DNA from: a virus
DNA length: 53,902 nt
Virus record (IMG/VR): IMGVR_UViG_3300033463_000182
Span: 1-53,902 of that record
Direction: 5' to 3' (one strand)
Below, in pieces: positions 26,128 through 33,372 of this stretch; the first letter of the stretch is position 1, and the number at the start of each line of letters is the position of its first letter. The translations under genes were made by a program, and so were the position numbers. The notes beneath the pieces are model-generated. The model made no database searches. It was not told the origin of the DNA and saw only the letters and a program-made list of their open reading frames with translations.

Positions 26128-26822
26128 CTTCTCACCCCCGGATCGTCCCACGGTAAGGGCACCAGTCCTTCCGTGCCGGTAAAGGTTCCGTTGAGATCAA
26201 CCAGCCCTTCGCACGCCTGCGCGCGCGCTGCCATCCTCCTTTTTGCTTCTGCCGCTATGCTTGTGTCTGTTTTTGCCGTACCCCTGTTTGTATTTATATA
26301 CATACCAGGAGAGGAAGGAGGATATAAGGGATCGCCTGCATTACCGGCGGCATTTTTGCTCCCGATACGGGGCGCGTCGCCTGCATGACCGCTTACAGCA
26401 TCGCCTACACCATCGCCTACACTACCGACTACACTACCGGCGGCGTTTTTGCTCCCGATAGGCGGGTTATCGCCTACACTACCGGGTACAATTTTGTACC
26501 CGATAACAGACAGATAATTGATTTTGTAATAGGGGTCATGCCGTTTCCCGTCCCCTTTCTGAAAATCAATCAATCCGATCTGTTTCAGCCGGTTCCGGCT
26601 GTTCCTGATCGCCCGTTCCTCCAAACCAGCCCAATCATCAAGCTCGGAATTACTCACCTGGAAAAAGTCGTCGGGCCATTCGTGATTTTCGGCTCCCATT
26701 GCCAGCCTGTTTGCACAGTAGAACAATCCCAGCCAGAAAATGCGGTCATAGCTTGTCAGTCTGTTTCGGCGTGCGTATTCCATGAACAGGTTGATTTGTT
26801 GAACGAAATTAACTTGGCTCAT
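26124..26822 (-). CDS. Replisome organizer / replication initiator (DnaD-like N-terminal winged helix)
   Basis: 232 aa. N-terminus FMEYARRNRLTSYDRIFWLGLFYCANRL.... The central part is encoded by DNA iterons. Confidence 0.6.
   Translation of the reverse strand: MSQVNFVQQINLFMEYARRNRLTSYDRIFWLGLFYCANRLAMGAENHEWPDDFFQVSNSELDDWAGLEERAIRNSRNRLKQIGLIDFQKGDGKRHDPYYKINYLSVIGYKIVPGSVGDNPPIGSKNAAGSVVGSVGDGVGDAVSGHAGDAPRIGSKNAAGNAGDPLYPPSSPGMYINTNRGTAKTDTSIAAEAKRRMAARAQACEGLVDLNGTFTGTEGLVPLPWDDPGVRR
26343..26501. repeat. Iteron cluster plus palindrome inside the initiator gene (candidate ori)
   Basis: ACCGGCGGC(A/G)TTTTTGCTCCCGATA at 26343 and 26436. TCGCCTACAC at 26401, 26413 and 26470. GGGTACAATTTTGTACCC at 26484-26501. 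Confidence 0.5.
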
Positions 26823-26843
26823 GGTGTTGGCTCCTTCTGCCGG

Positions 26844-27257
26844 TTATGATCTCCCTGTGCTTCCAAAACCGGCGTCCCCGCGTTCACCGCCGCCGATCTC
26901 GTCCACGATCTCCACCGGCTCGTATTTCACGGGGATAATCACAAGCTGGCTGATCTTGTCGCCTGCCTTAACCTCGTAATCGCGCCCGCTGTGGTTGTAT
27001 AGCTTCACGGTGATTTCCCCGCTGTACCCCTCGTCGATAAGGCCGGTGCTGGTGTTCCCGTATCGGACGTTCAGCCCGCTTTTGCTGACGAGCAATCCGG
27101 CGCACCCGTGGGGTATCTGGACGTGGACGCCGGTATGGAAAATGGCGTCGCCCTTGGCTTCCACGATACAGCCGTCCCTTGCGTACAGGTCAAGCCCCGC
27201 GTCCGTTTCGTGGGCGCGCGTCGGCGCAATCGCGCCGGGGTCAAGTTTGATCTTCAT
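26844..27257 (-). CDS. dut: dUTP diphosphatase
   Basis: AGLDLYA, GLIDEGYSGEI and GDAGFGSTG motifs of trimeric dUTPase. Confidence 0.9.
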   Translation of the reverse strand: MKIKLDPGAIAPTRAHETDAGLDLYARDGCIVEAKGDAIFHTGVHVQIPHGCAGLLVSKSGLNVRYGNTSTGLIDEGYSGEITVKLYNHSGRDYEVKAGDKISQLVIIPVKYEPVEIVDEIGGGERGDAGFGSTGRS

Positions 27258-27329
27258 GTGCCTGCTCCTTTCAAGAAATGGAGGTAAACAGCGCTTACGC
27301 GGTTGATCCAGCGCGCGGGCAGGCGCTTT

Positions 27330-27851
27330 TTAACCATCCATACCCGCAGATTGTTCAGCGCTTTCAGCACGGCTTCTTGCCTCCTTTACCACGTCGCGCA
27401 CGGTCAGCATATCGTTCCACATCCCGATCTGCTGCAAGGCGACGTTGTACTCGTGCTTCGGTACTTCCCGAAGGGTTGAAACGCCGTACCTTGACAGTAC
27501 GGCTTTGCGTATGTGGTTCCCCAGCTTCACGGTGGCCTTGCCGTCGTCCACGTCCCGCTTGTCCAGCAGTTCCCGCGCCCGTGCCCGGATCGCGTCGTTG
27601 AGGTAGGAAACCTGTTTGCCGGAAACCGGCGTCTGCAATCGGATTTGTTTTTCCAGCGCCTCCAGCCGGTCATTCTGTACCGATTGCGCGGCGGAAAGCT
27701 GCTCCAGGGCCGCCGTGTTGTTTTCCAGCATCTTGCCGATGGTCTGCATCACGGGCCGCATCAGCTCCGTAATGATCCCGCCCAGGGCCTCCGGCGTCAC
27801 CACCAGCGCGCCTGTTTCTTCCGGCTTCATAGGCAGATTGTTATTACTCAT
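27330..27851 (-). CDS. Hypothetical protein (ORF6C-like C-terminal region?)
   Basis: 173-aa ORF; only a weak family impression. Confidence 0.3.
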   Translation of the reverse strand: MSNNNLPMKPEETGALVVTPEALGGIITELMRPVMQTIGKMLENNTAALEQLSAAQSVQNDRLEALEKQIRLQTPVSGKQVSYLNDAIRARARELLDKRDVDDGKATVKLGNHIRKAVLSRYGVSTLREVPKHEYNVALQQIGMWNDMLTVRDVVKEARSRAESAEQSAGMDG

Positions 27852-28800
27852 GATAGATCACCGTCCCGTCAACATACGTCGTTTCCAGCGCCTTGCGGCT
27901 GTCCTCGGCCCACTTTTCCACGGTTTCCAGCAATACGCTGTACTCCTGTTTTTCGGAAAGCGACATCGTGGAAAACACCATCCTCATGTGCGGCATCCGG
28001 GCCACCGTGCCGATAAAGGCGCGGACGGCGCTTGCAAAGGCGTCCGCCGTCAGTTGGTCGGCGGGCACGCGCTCCGCGTCGCCCTTGGCGATGGCGCTTT
28101 GCACGTTCAAAAGCTCCTGCTGCGCGCGGCTCAAGTCCTCCTGCTGTTCTGTCAGCATTTCGTCCCGTTCCCGCACTTCCCGTTGAAGGTCGGCGTTTTC
28201 CTTGGAAAGCCGCCGCTGCTCCGCCAGGGCTTCGTTGCCCAGCTCCGCAAGCCGCTGTACCTCGATCTTCTGCTGTTCGATGGTTTCCTTGCTGGCACGC
28301 AGTTCGTCCGTCAGCTCGTCCGGGATCACCGGCGGCCTGTTCTCCGCTTCCTCGGCGCGGCGTTCCGCTTCCAGGCGGGCCTTGCGTTCCCGGTCAATCT
28401 CCGCCTGCGCTTCGTCCCGTACCTTCTTCACGGCTTCCTGCACTTCCCGCGTGCTCATGGCGGCCACGTCGTGCTCCTCCATGAATTTTTCCTCGGTTCC
28501 GGCAGGCAGGGGCAGGAGCTTGAAGGTCTTGGCCTGTCCCAGCCCATCAAACTGCGGATTGTCCCCAAACCGCTTGTAGGCCGCCATCATGTCCTGTGCT
28601 GTGCGCACGCTCACGTCGGCGTTGTCCTTGAGCCATTGCTCCCACTCGCCGTGCGGGACAAGCTCTTTCGCTTCCGTGAATACCCTGGCAAGCTGCCACA
28701 TATTCACGTTGATGGACAGCCGCAGCGCGCGGGCCTGCAATGCCAGCCCGTCGATCACCCTGATACTCTGTCCGCTGGTGTTGGCTAATTCTGTCGTCAT
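27844..28800 (-). CDS. DUF3102-like N-terminal domain protein with a long coiled coil
   Basis: 318 aa. ...WQLARVFTEAKELVPHGEWEQWLKDN... followed by a roughly 150-aa heptad-rich region. Confidence 0.4.
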   Translation of the reverse strand: MTTELANTSGQSIRVIDGLALQARALRLSINVNMWQLARVFTEAKELVPHGEWEQWLKDNADVSVRTAQDMMAAYKRFGDNPQFDGLGQAKTFKLLPLPAGTEEKFMEEHDVAAMSTREVQEAVKKVRDEAQAEIDRERKARLEAERRAEEAENRPPVIPDELTDELRASKETIEQQKIEVQRLAELGNEALAEQRRLSKENADLQREVRERDEMLTEQQEDLSRAQQELLNVQSAIAKGDAERVPADQLTADAFASAVRAFIGTVARMPHMRMVFSTMSLSEKQEYSVLLETVEKWAEDSRKALETTYVDGTVIYHE

Positions 28801-28809
28801 GGTTCCTCC

Positions 28810-29172
28810 TTAATCCGCGCCGTCGCGCAGTTCTTGATAGTTGTCCGGCGGCCCCGGCGGCGGCATCCAGAAAACGCCCTCCGCCATTTCCGCGACCAGG
28901 TGCCATCCCCTCATGTGGATTTCGCCCCATTTGTCCCTGATGATTACGCAATTCTGCGGGTCTGCGTCCCGGCGCGTCGGCGGCTTTATCGCGGCGTCGA
29001 TCCAGCCCTCCGGGATTTCCTGCCAATATACATTGAATCGGTTATCCCGCGCCTTTTGCGTGTTCGTGACCATCACCCTTTGAAAAACGTGCCATATCAG
29101 GACAGGCCGCGCCTCCTCCGGCTTCTCCGCAATCGGACAGCTTTGTATGTCAAGCCATCCGTTATTGCCCAT
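28810..29172 (-). CDS. Hypothetical protein (DUF551-like?)
   Basis: 120-aa ORF. Confidence 0.3.
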   Translation of the reverse strand: MGNNGWLDIQSCPIAEKPEEARPVLIWHVFQRVMVTNTQKARDNRFNVYWQEIPEGWIDAAIKPPTRRDADPQNCVIIRDKWGEIHMRGWHLVAEMAEGVFWMPPPGPPDNYQELRDGAD

Positions 29173-29437
29173 CCTTCACCGCGTCCTCTGGTACTTCCAC
29201 GACGATGCCCCGCTTTTTCAGCTTGTCCCTCCAGATGGCTTGCGTCATGGCGCTGCAATGGCTCATGGCGTCCGCCCACGTCGGGAAGCGTTTGTGCAGC
29301 TTGTAAAACTGGTTCTGATAATACAGGCTGTCCCTGTCGTGCGGATCGCGCTCGTCGTGCTTCGTCGCGCAGACGGGGCACGTCCCCGGCCCCGGCGCGG
29401 TGATCCTGATTTCCTCCATGCTGTCGGTTGGACGCAT
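29162..29437 (-). CDS. Hypothetical protein
   Basis: 91-aa ORF with CPVC and an RBS GGAGGGAG. Confidence 0.4.
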   Translation of the reverse strand: MRPTDSMEEIRITAPGPGTCPVCATKHDERDPHDRDSLYYQNQFYKLHKRFPTWADAMSHCSAMTQAIWRDKLKKRGIVVEVPEDAVKDGQ

Positions 29438-29466
29438 GGCTCCCTCCTTCCCGTGGTGTTGGCAAA

Positions 29467-29488
29467 TGCCGGTCTTTCCCGGCTGCCA
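29467..29488 (-). repeat. Conserved hairpin repeat, copy 1 (GCCGG-N6-CCGGC core)
   Basis: tgccggtctttcccggctgcca; near-identical copies at 29789 and 30245. Confidence 0.8.
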
Positions 29489-29710
29489 GACAGAGAAAAC
29501 GGCCTCTTGGTTGGCTGTCGCAACCGCAATTACAGCGTGCCGCTTGAGGGGGATCGTTCAGGACTTCCTACCCCATCCGACGTATTCCCTGACGGGCAAC
29601 GATATTGCACCAGCACCGGCTGGGAATCGAACCGTGACCGGTTTGCAGAATCGGACTGCGCTTCACGTTGCCATAGCGTCCAGCTATGCCTCCGGGCGTC
29701 CACGGAGAAT

Positions 29711-29783
29711 TGGCGCGGGCGGCAGGGTACGGGCCTGCAACTGCCGATTTTGGAGATCGGGGCTTTCTATAAGCTACACCCAC
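29711..29783 (-). tRNA. Atypical tRNA-like gene, anticodon CCA (Trp) with encoded CCA end
   Basis: Hand fold: GTGGGTG-TA-GCTT-ATAGA-AAGC-C-CCGAT-CTCCAAA-ATCGG-CAGTT-GCAGG-CCCGTAC-CCTGC-CGCCCGC-G-CCA (73 nt). Two G-U pairs in the acceptor stem, a 5-nt D loop without GG, and a non-canonical T loop. Confidence 0.45.
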
Positions 29784-29788
29784 ATGGA

Positions 29789-29810
29789 TGCCGGTCTTTC
29801 CCGGCTGTCA
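29789..29810 (-). repeat. Conserved hairpin repeat, copy 2
   Basis: tgccggtctttcccggctgtca, 6 nt upstream (minus sense) of the tRNA-Trp-like element. Confidence 0.8.
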
Positions 29811-29817
29811 GTCCGCG

Positions 29818-30117
29818 TTATTTGGACATCGCTTTGAGAAGATCAGCCAGCGGGTTATTATCTTCTCGGATGTACTTTTTACCCTCGCGCATGGCATGGG
29901 CAATCAGGGACGAAGCCATCAGCGCGCCGCTTCCGGCGATGTGTGCGGCGAGATCAATGTTGGATATTGCGTGCAGGCAAACCGTACCGCCTTTTCCTTG
30001 ATTGGCGATGATGGCAAAGCCGTCACACTCTACCCCCCCCCGCAGCGTTTCGTCGATTTCGTTGCCCTTCTCGTCCCCGACGATCTCAACCTTGATGCGA
30101 TAGATCGGATTTTCCAT
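29818..30117 (-). CDS. Hypothetical protein containing a G9 homopolymer
   Basis: 99 aa, AGGAGGCCAAAACT-ATG start. G9 (C9 on +, 30033-30041) encodes RGG. Flanked by tRNA-like elements. Confidence 0.5.
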   Translation of the reverse strand: MENPIYRIKVEIVGDEKGNEIDETLRGGVECDGFAIIANQGKGGTVCLHAISNIDLAAHIAGSGALMASSLIAHAMREGKKYIREDNNPLADLLKAMSK

Positions 30118-30158
30118 AGTTTTGGCCTCCTGTTGTAGTATTTTTGCCCGTGTCGGGC

Positions 30159-30240
30159 TGGTGCGGACGCCCGGATTTGAACCGGGAGCGGCGTATTTCA
30201 GCCGTTTGCCATTGGCGATCTTTCAGCCAATCACGCCCGC
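30159..30240 (-). ncRNA. tRNA-like RNA: canonical acceptor stem, T arm and CCA, non-canonical body
   Basis: GCGGGCG...CCCGG-TTCAAAT-CCGGG-CGTCCGC-A-CCA. The body is two similar hairpins, TTGGC-UGAAAGAUC-GCCAA and CGGC-UGAAAUAC-GCCG. 82 nt. Confidence 0.4.
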
Positions 30241-30244
30241 ATGA

Positions 30245-30268
30245 TTGCCGGTCTATTTCCGGCTGTCA
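30245..30268 (-). repeat. Conserved hairpin repeat, copy 3
   Basis: ttgccggtctatttccggctgtca, 6 nt upstream (minus sense) of the 82-nt tRNA-like RNA. Confidence 0.75.
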
Positions 30269-30321
30269 CGCTTCTTTGTTCTTTTGTGTAGTTGCTTTTG
30301 AAGCGTAGCGCACCAATCTAC

Positions 30322-30456
30322 TGGAGCGACGGGGCGGAATCGAACCGCCCAGGCGTTGCGTTCGCGTGATTTTCGGGTTTTTATTTCAAAGGAGGTAACT
30401 CTGAAACAGCATGAAGAAGGTCTTATCATCACGCACGCCCGCAATCCTGCCGCCGC
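30322..30456 (-). ncRNA. tRNA-like 3' module (T arm + acceptor + CCA) with a distant 5' acceptor partner; possibly a 135-nt structured RNA
   Basis: GGCGG-TTCGATT-CCGCC-CCGTCGC-T-CCA at 30322-30349. The only complementary 5' strand, GCGGCGG, is at 30450-30456. The interior carries GUUACCUCCUUUGAA (anti-SD-like). Confidence 0.3.
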
Positions 30457-30460
30457 ATGG

Positions 30461-30751
30461 TCAGTCGTACACTTCCCGCAAGTTCTTTTCGCACCAGTTC
30501 AGCGCCAGGTTATAGCGCAGCGTCGCGCAGTACACCAATTCGCCGTTGGCGTCGATCCGCACAACCTCCGCCGTCCGCCTCCGATCCCCGGAAAAGCCGA
30601 CAAAGATTGCATTGTCCCAGCGCGTCGCGCCCTGCCGCCGCTTTGTGGCCGTCCACACGCTTATCATGGTGTTCAGCTTCCCGTCCTTCACAAATTCCGC
30701 CAGCGCCCGTAGCTGATCCGGCGTGGCGATGTGAAAACGCTTTGCGGCCAT
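30461..30751 (-). CDS. Hypothetical protein
   Basis: 96-aa ORF. Confidence 0.4.
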   Translation of the reverse strand: MAAKRFHIATPDQLRALAEFVKDGKLNTMISVWTATKRRQGATRWDNAIFVGFSGDRRRTAEVVRIDANGELVYCATLRYNLALNWCEKNLREVYD

Positions 30752-30752
30752 G

Positions 30753-31160
30753 CTATACCTCCTGTATCTCGATCCCCCAGCAGGCTTTCATCTGCTTTTT
30801 CTTGTTGATGTACGTCCTGTTCTTCTTTGTGATGGGGCTTTTAGCGTCATAAACGCCCTCTACGGTCATATCTGGCCGGATGGTCACAAAGTCCGCCACA
30901 TACACGATCCCGCCCGGAAGGTCAAATTTCACTTGGCGGCAGACGGTTTTCAGTTCCCCGGCCCGCACGCGGATCATCAATGTCTGGTAGAAATTGGCCT
31001 CGTGCTGGCTGTCAAACCATATCCCGTCAACCTCCACGCGCCGGTTGCCGTATTTCTGGCGTTTCGGCGTTTCCTGTTCCACGCGGGCCGTGTAATCCGG
31101 CTTCTGGATGATCCGCTGTTTATGCTGCCGCTGAAACTCCGCAAATTCTTCCTCGGTCAT
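30753..31160 (-). CDS. DUF1064-like putative endonuclease/resolvase
   Basis: KYGNRRVEVDGIWFDSQHEANFYQTL...VYVADFV...VYDAKS pattern. Start set at the ATGA overlap (31158-31160). Confidence 0.55.
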   Translation of the reverse strand: MTEEEFAEFQRQHKQRIIQKPDYTARVEQETPKRQKYGNRRVEVDGIWFDSQHEANFYQTLMIRVRAGELKTVCRQVKFDLPGGIVYVADFVTIRPDMTVEGVYDAKSPITKKNRTYINKKKQMKACWGIEIQEV

Positions 31161-31657
31161 TCGCAGCGCCATAGCTTCCACCACGCTTTCAAGCGTCCCC
31201 ACAGCGTCTTGCCGGGAAGGATAAAGGGCGTTGTTTTTCCATCCGGGGACAGCGCATACAGCGCCTCGTCGGTTCCCTTCCACCGCTTCACCATCACGCC
31301 GCCGTCGCCGTAGTAGTTCCGATAGACGATGTTCGTCACCGGCCCAGCGTTGACGACAAGGGCCGATTTGTCGTCCCAATACTCGGAAGCCCATACCTTG
31401 CGGCTGTTGTTCCCGAAATACTCCTTGTTTTCTTCCAGGTTGTCGTTGATGGCGTCGAATTTCAGCCCGTGGTTAAGGCACCACATCACCGCCGCCTGGA
31501 GCTGCTGCCCCTCCCGGCACGTCCACAGGATCAGCTTCGCGCCGTCGGCCTGCTGTTTGCGCAGTTCATTGATAACATTCCAGCGCGGCGCGCCGATGTC
31601 GGGCCACTTCGCTTCGCACAGGCACCCGTCGAAATCAACGGCGATTGTCTTTTTCAC
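31157..31657 (-). CDS. HAD-superfamily-like hydrolase
   Basis: IAVDFDGCL motif I near the N-terminus. GTG start 31655-31657 overlaps the upstream stop (GTGA). Confidence 0.45.
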   Translation of the reverse strand: MKKTIAVDFDGCLCEAKWPDIGAPRWNVINELRKQQADGAKLILWTCREGQQLQAAVMWCLNHGLKFDAINDNLEENKEYFGNNSRKVWASEYWDDKSALVVNAGPVTNIVYRNYYGDGGVMVKRWKGTDEALYALSPDGKTTPFILPGKTLWGRLKAWWKLWRCE

Positions 31658-31878
31658 ACTTCCGCCCCCGCTTCCCGGCACCCGTCAACATAGGCTTTCA
31701 TCCGGCGGGCCAGCAGATTGCCGATGTCGTCAATCACCTTCTGCTCCGCTTCGCCCGCGTCGCCCTCCGCCTTGATGTACAGGGGCACAGCGGGCAGATA
31801 GTCCCCGGTTTTCGGGTCGCGCAGGGCGGTATATCCGATCTGGATATATTCTTCCTTCTTTTCCGCTGCCATGGTCAC
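31654..31878 (-). CDS. Hypothetical protein
   Basis: 74-aa ORF. Confidence 0.4.
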   Translation of the reverse strand: MTMAAEKKEEYIQIGYTALRDPKTGDYLPAVPLYIKAEGDAGEAEQKVIDDIGNLLARRMKAYVDGCREAGAEV

Positions 31879-32090
31879 ACCGCCACTTCTCCCTTTACAG
31901 GCTCAAAGAGATAACAAAGATCGTATTCCGGGAACATATTGACTTTGATTTTGACCGCTTCCGGCATCGTGAAATCCGTAATTCCACGGATTTTATTGTA
32001 GGCGGTCTTTTCCGTCGTCCCAATGAGCTGTGCCAGCGCCAAAGTGGAGATGTTTTTTACATCCATTGCCGTGATAAGATGGAGCAGCAC
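31875..32090 (-). CDS. Cro-like HTH regulator
   Basis: HTH ISTLALAQLIGTTEKTAYNKIRG. I prefer the GTG at 32088-32090 (AAAGGAGGA 6 nt upstream) because the promoter -10 abuts the upstream ATG. Confidence 0.55.
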   Translation of the reverse strand: MLLHLITAMDVKNISTLALAQLIGTTEKTAYNKIRGITDFTMPEAVKIKVNMFPEYDLCYLFEPVKGEVAV

Positions 32091-32111
32091 CCCTATTCCT
32101 CCTTTCCGAAA

Positions 32112-32188
32112 TACCGTTCTCGGTAACTCGCTTACCATGATATACCGGTTTCGGTAGCTTGTCAATACCTTTTTTACCTTTTTCGGTA
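32112..32188. promoter_or_regulatory. Three operator palindromes TACCG-N4-CGGTA
   Basis: taccgttctcggta 32112-32125, taccggtttcggta 32143-32156, tacctttttcggta 32175-32188; spacing 31 and 32 bp. Confidence 0.65.
32137..32165 (-). promoter_or_regulatory. Leftward (lytic/early) promoter
   Basis: Minus strand TTGACA (32160-32165), 17 nt, TATCAT (32137-32142); operator 2 lies in the spacer. Confidence 0.55.
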
Positions 32189-32197
32189 ATTTTTTTC

Positions 32198-32226
32198 TTG
32201 ACCTGGGAGGGGTAATATCCTATAAT
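32198..32226 (+). promoter_or_regulatory. Rightward (repressor/lysogeny) promoter
   Basis: TTGACC (32198-32203), 17 nt, TATAAT (32221-32226). Confidence 0.65.
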
Positions 32227-32248
32227 GGAATGGACAGGAGGGAAAACC

Positions 32249-32641
32249 ATGACCTTTTTAGAAAAATTGGACTGGCTGATGGAGCGTGAAAAGCTGAACA
32301 AGCACACGCTGGCCCAGCAAAGCGGCGTCCCGTACACAACGATTGTCGGCCTGTATGAGCGCGGCCCGGAAAACGCGCGCCTTTCTACGGTCAACAAGCT
32401 ATGTGCTTTCTTCGGCGTCCCTCTGGACTACCTGGCGCTGGATGAATACGAAAGGCCGGAGGATTTTACCCCAAACGGAAACACCGTCGCGCTGACATGC
32501 GCGACGGATCAGGAAACGGAGCTTGTTTCTCTGTTTCGGGGGTTATCTGCCGCCGCCCGTGAAACGGTGCTTACAACCGTGCGCGGCTTCGCCGGTAATC
32601 CTTCCATGCAAAAAGAAAGTACAAAATCCGAAACGGCATAA
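32249..32641 (+). CDS. cI-like XRE-family repressor (no S24 peptidase domain)
   Basis: MTFLEKLDWLMEREKLNKHTLAQQSGVPYTTIVGLYERG HTH. The ATG at 32249 lies downstream of the -10, with GGAGGG upstream. Confidence 0.75.
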   Translation: MTFLEKLDWLMEREKLNKHTLAQQSGVPYTTIVGLYERGPENARLSTVNKLCAFFGVPLDYLALDEYERPEDFTPNGNTVALTCATDQETELVSLFRGLSAAARETVLTTVRGFAGNPSMQKESTKSETA

Positions 32642-32678
32642 TCTACCCGGAAGCATGGTGGAAAGGATGGGATATACC

Positions 32679-33260
32679 ATGAAGAAACTAATTGCCCTGT
32701 TCCTCGTCGCCCTGATGATCCCTTGCGTCGCCGTGGCGGAATCCACGAACACGCGCGGCCTGGTGGAATTTCTTGAATTGTATTCCTCGCGCTTTGCGGC
32801 CTACGCCTGCCAGAATGGCCTTGAATTTGACGCGAGCACCTATTCGGCCCTTCCGCCGTATAAATCCGGCGACTACCTTGTGTTTGAATCCAGCGCCGGG
32901 AGCATAGGTGTATATCCCGGATCGTATGACATTCACGACGTAACCATGACCTTCTACTCCATGACCGACGACGACGCGGACAATGAGCTTTTCGCCACGA
33001 GCTGCATCATGGCGATTTCCGCCCTGGAATTTGATGCTTCTTATGAAAAAGGCCCATCCCTTGCAAGGAAGTCCGCGACGGACGATGCCGTGCGGATTTT
33101 CGATGAAGAAATAGGCGGCAGGCTGGAAGAATCGCTCGCGCAGGCCATTGAAACAGGAAAGAGGGTCTATGTCTGCTCCTGCAATTATGATTATTACATC
33201 GACTACTTTGTTTCCGGCGCGCACGAATTTGTATATCTGATTGCGGAAGAACGCAAATAA
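32679..33260 (+). CDS. Signal-peptide protein in the lysogeny module (moron candidate)
   Basis: MKKLIALFLVALMIPCVAVAES... signal-like N-terminus; lies between the repressor and the integrase. The start could instead be 32655. Confidence 0.5.
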   Translation: MKKLIALFLVALMIPCVAVAESTNTRGLVEFLELYSSRFAAYACQNGLEFDASTYSALPPYKSGDYLVFESSAGSIGVYPGSYDIHDVTMTFYSMTDDDADNELFATSCIMAISALEFDASYEKGPSLARKSATDDAVRIFDEEIGGRLEESLAQAIETGKRVYVCSCNYDYYIDYFVSGAHEFVYLIAEERK

Positions 33261-33372
33261 GAAATGCCCGCCCCGGTTTCCCAGGACGGGCCGCAAAATC
33301 AGCCAACACCACTTGTCCGATTTGCTATTTTATTATAGCGCGGAGAACGTGAAAAGTCAAGGAGTTTCGCGC

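Noticed and set aside
29491-29710. Possible additional tRNA(s) around the GGTTCGATTCC motif at 29623-29633
   Set aside because: I could not build a 5-bp T stem (only 3 of 5 pairs) or find a complementary acceptor strand. It is left as a degenerate or unassigned structured region rather than called a tRNA.
30356-30712. + strand 118-aa ORF, and a 34-codon ATG ORF at 30411 behind AAAGGAGGT
   Set aside because: The long ORF is the antisense shadow of the 96-aa minus gene. The SD-like sequence is 15 nt from the ATG (too far), and it is equally explained as the anti-SD-like segment of the minus-strand tRNA-like RNA.
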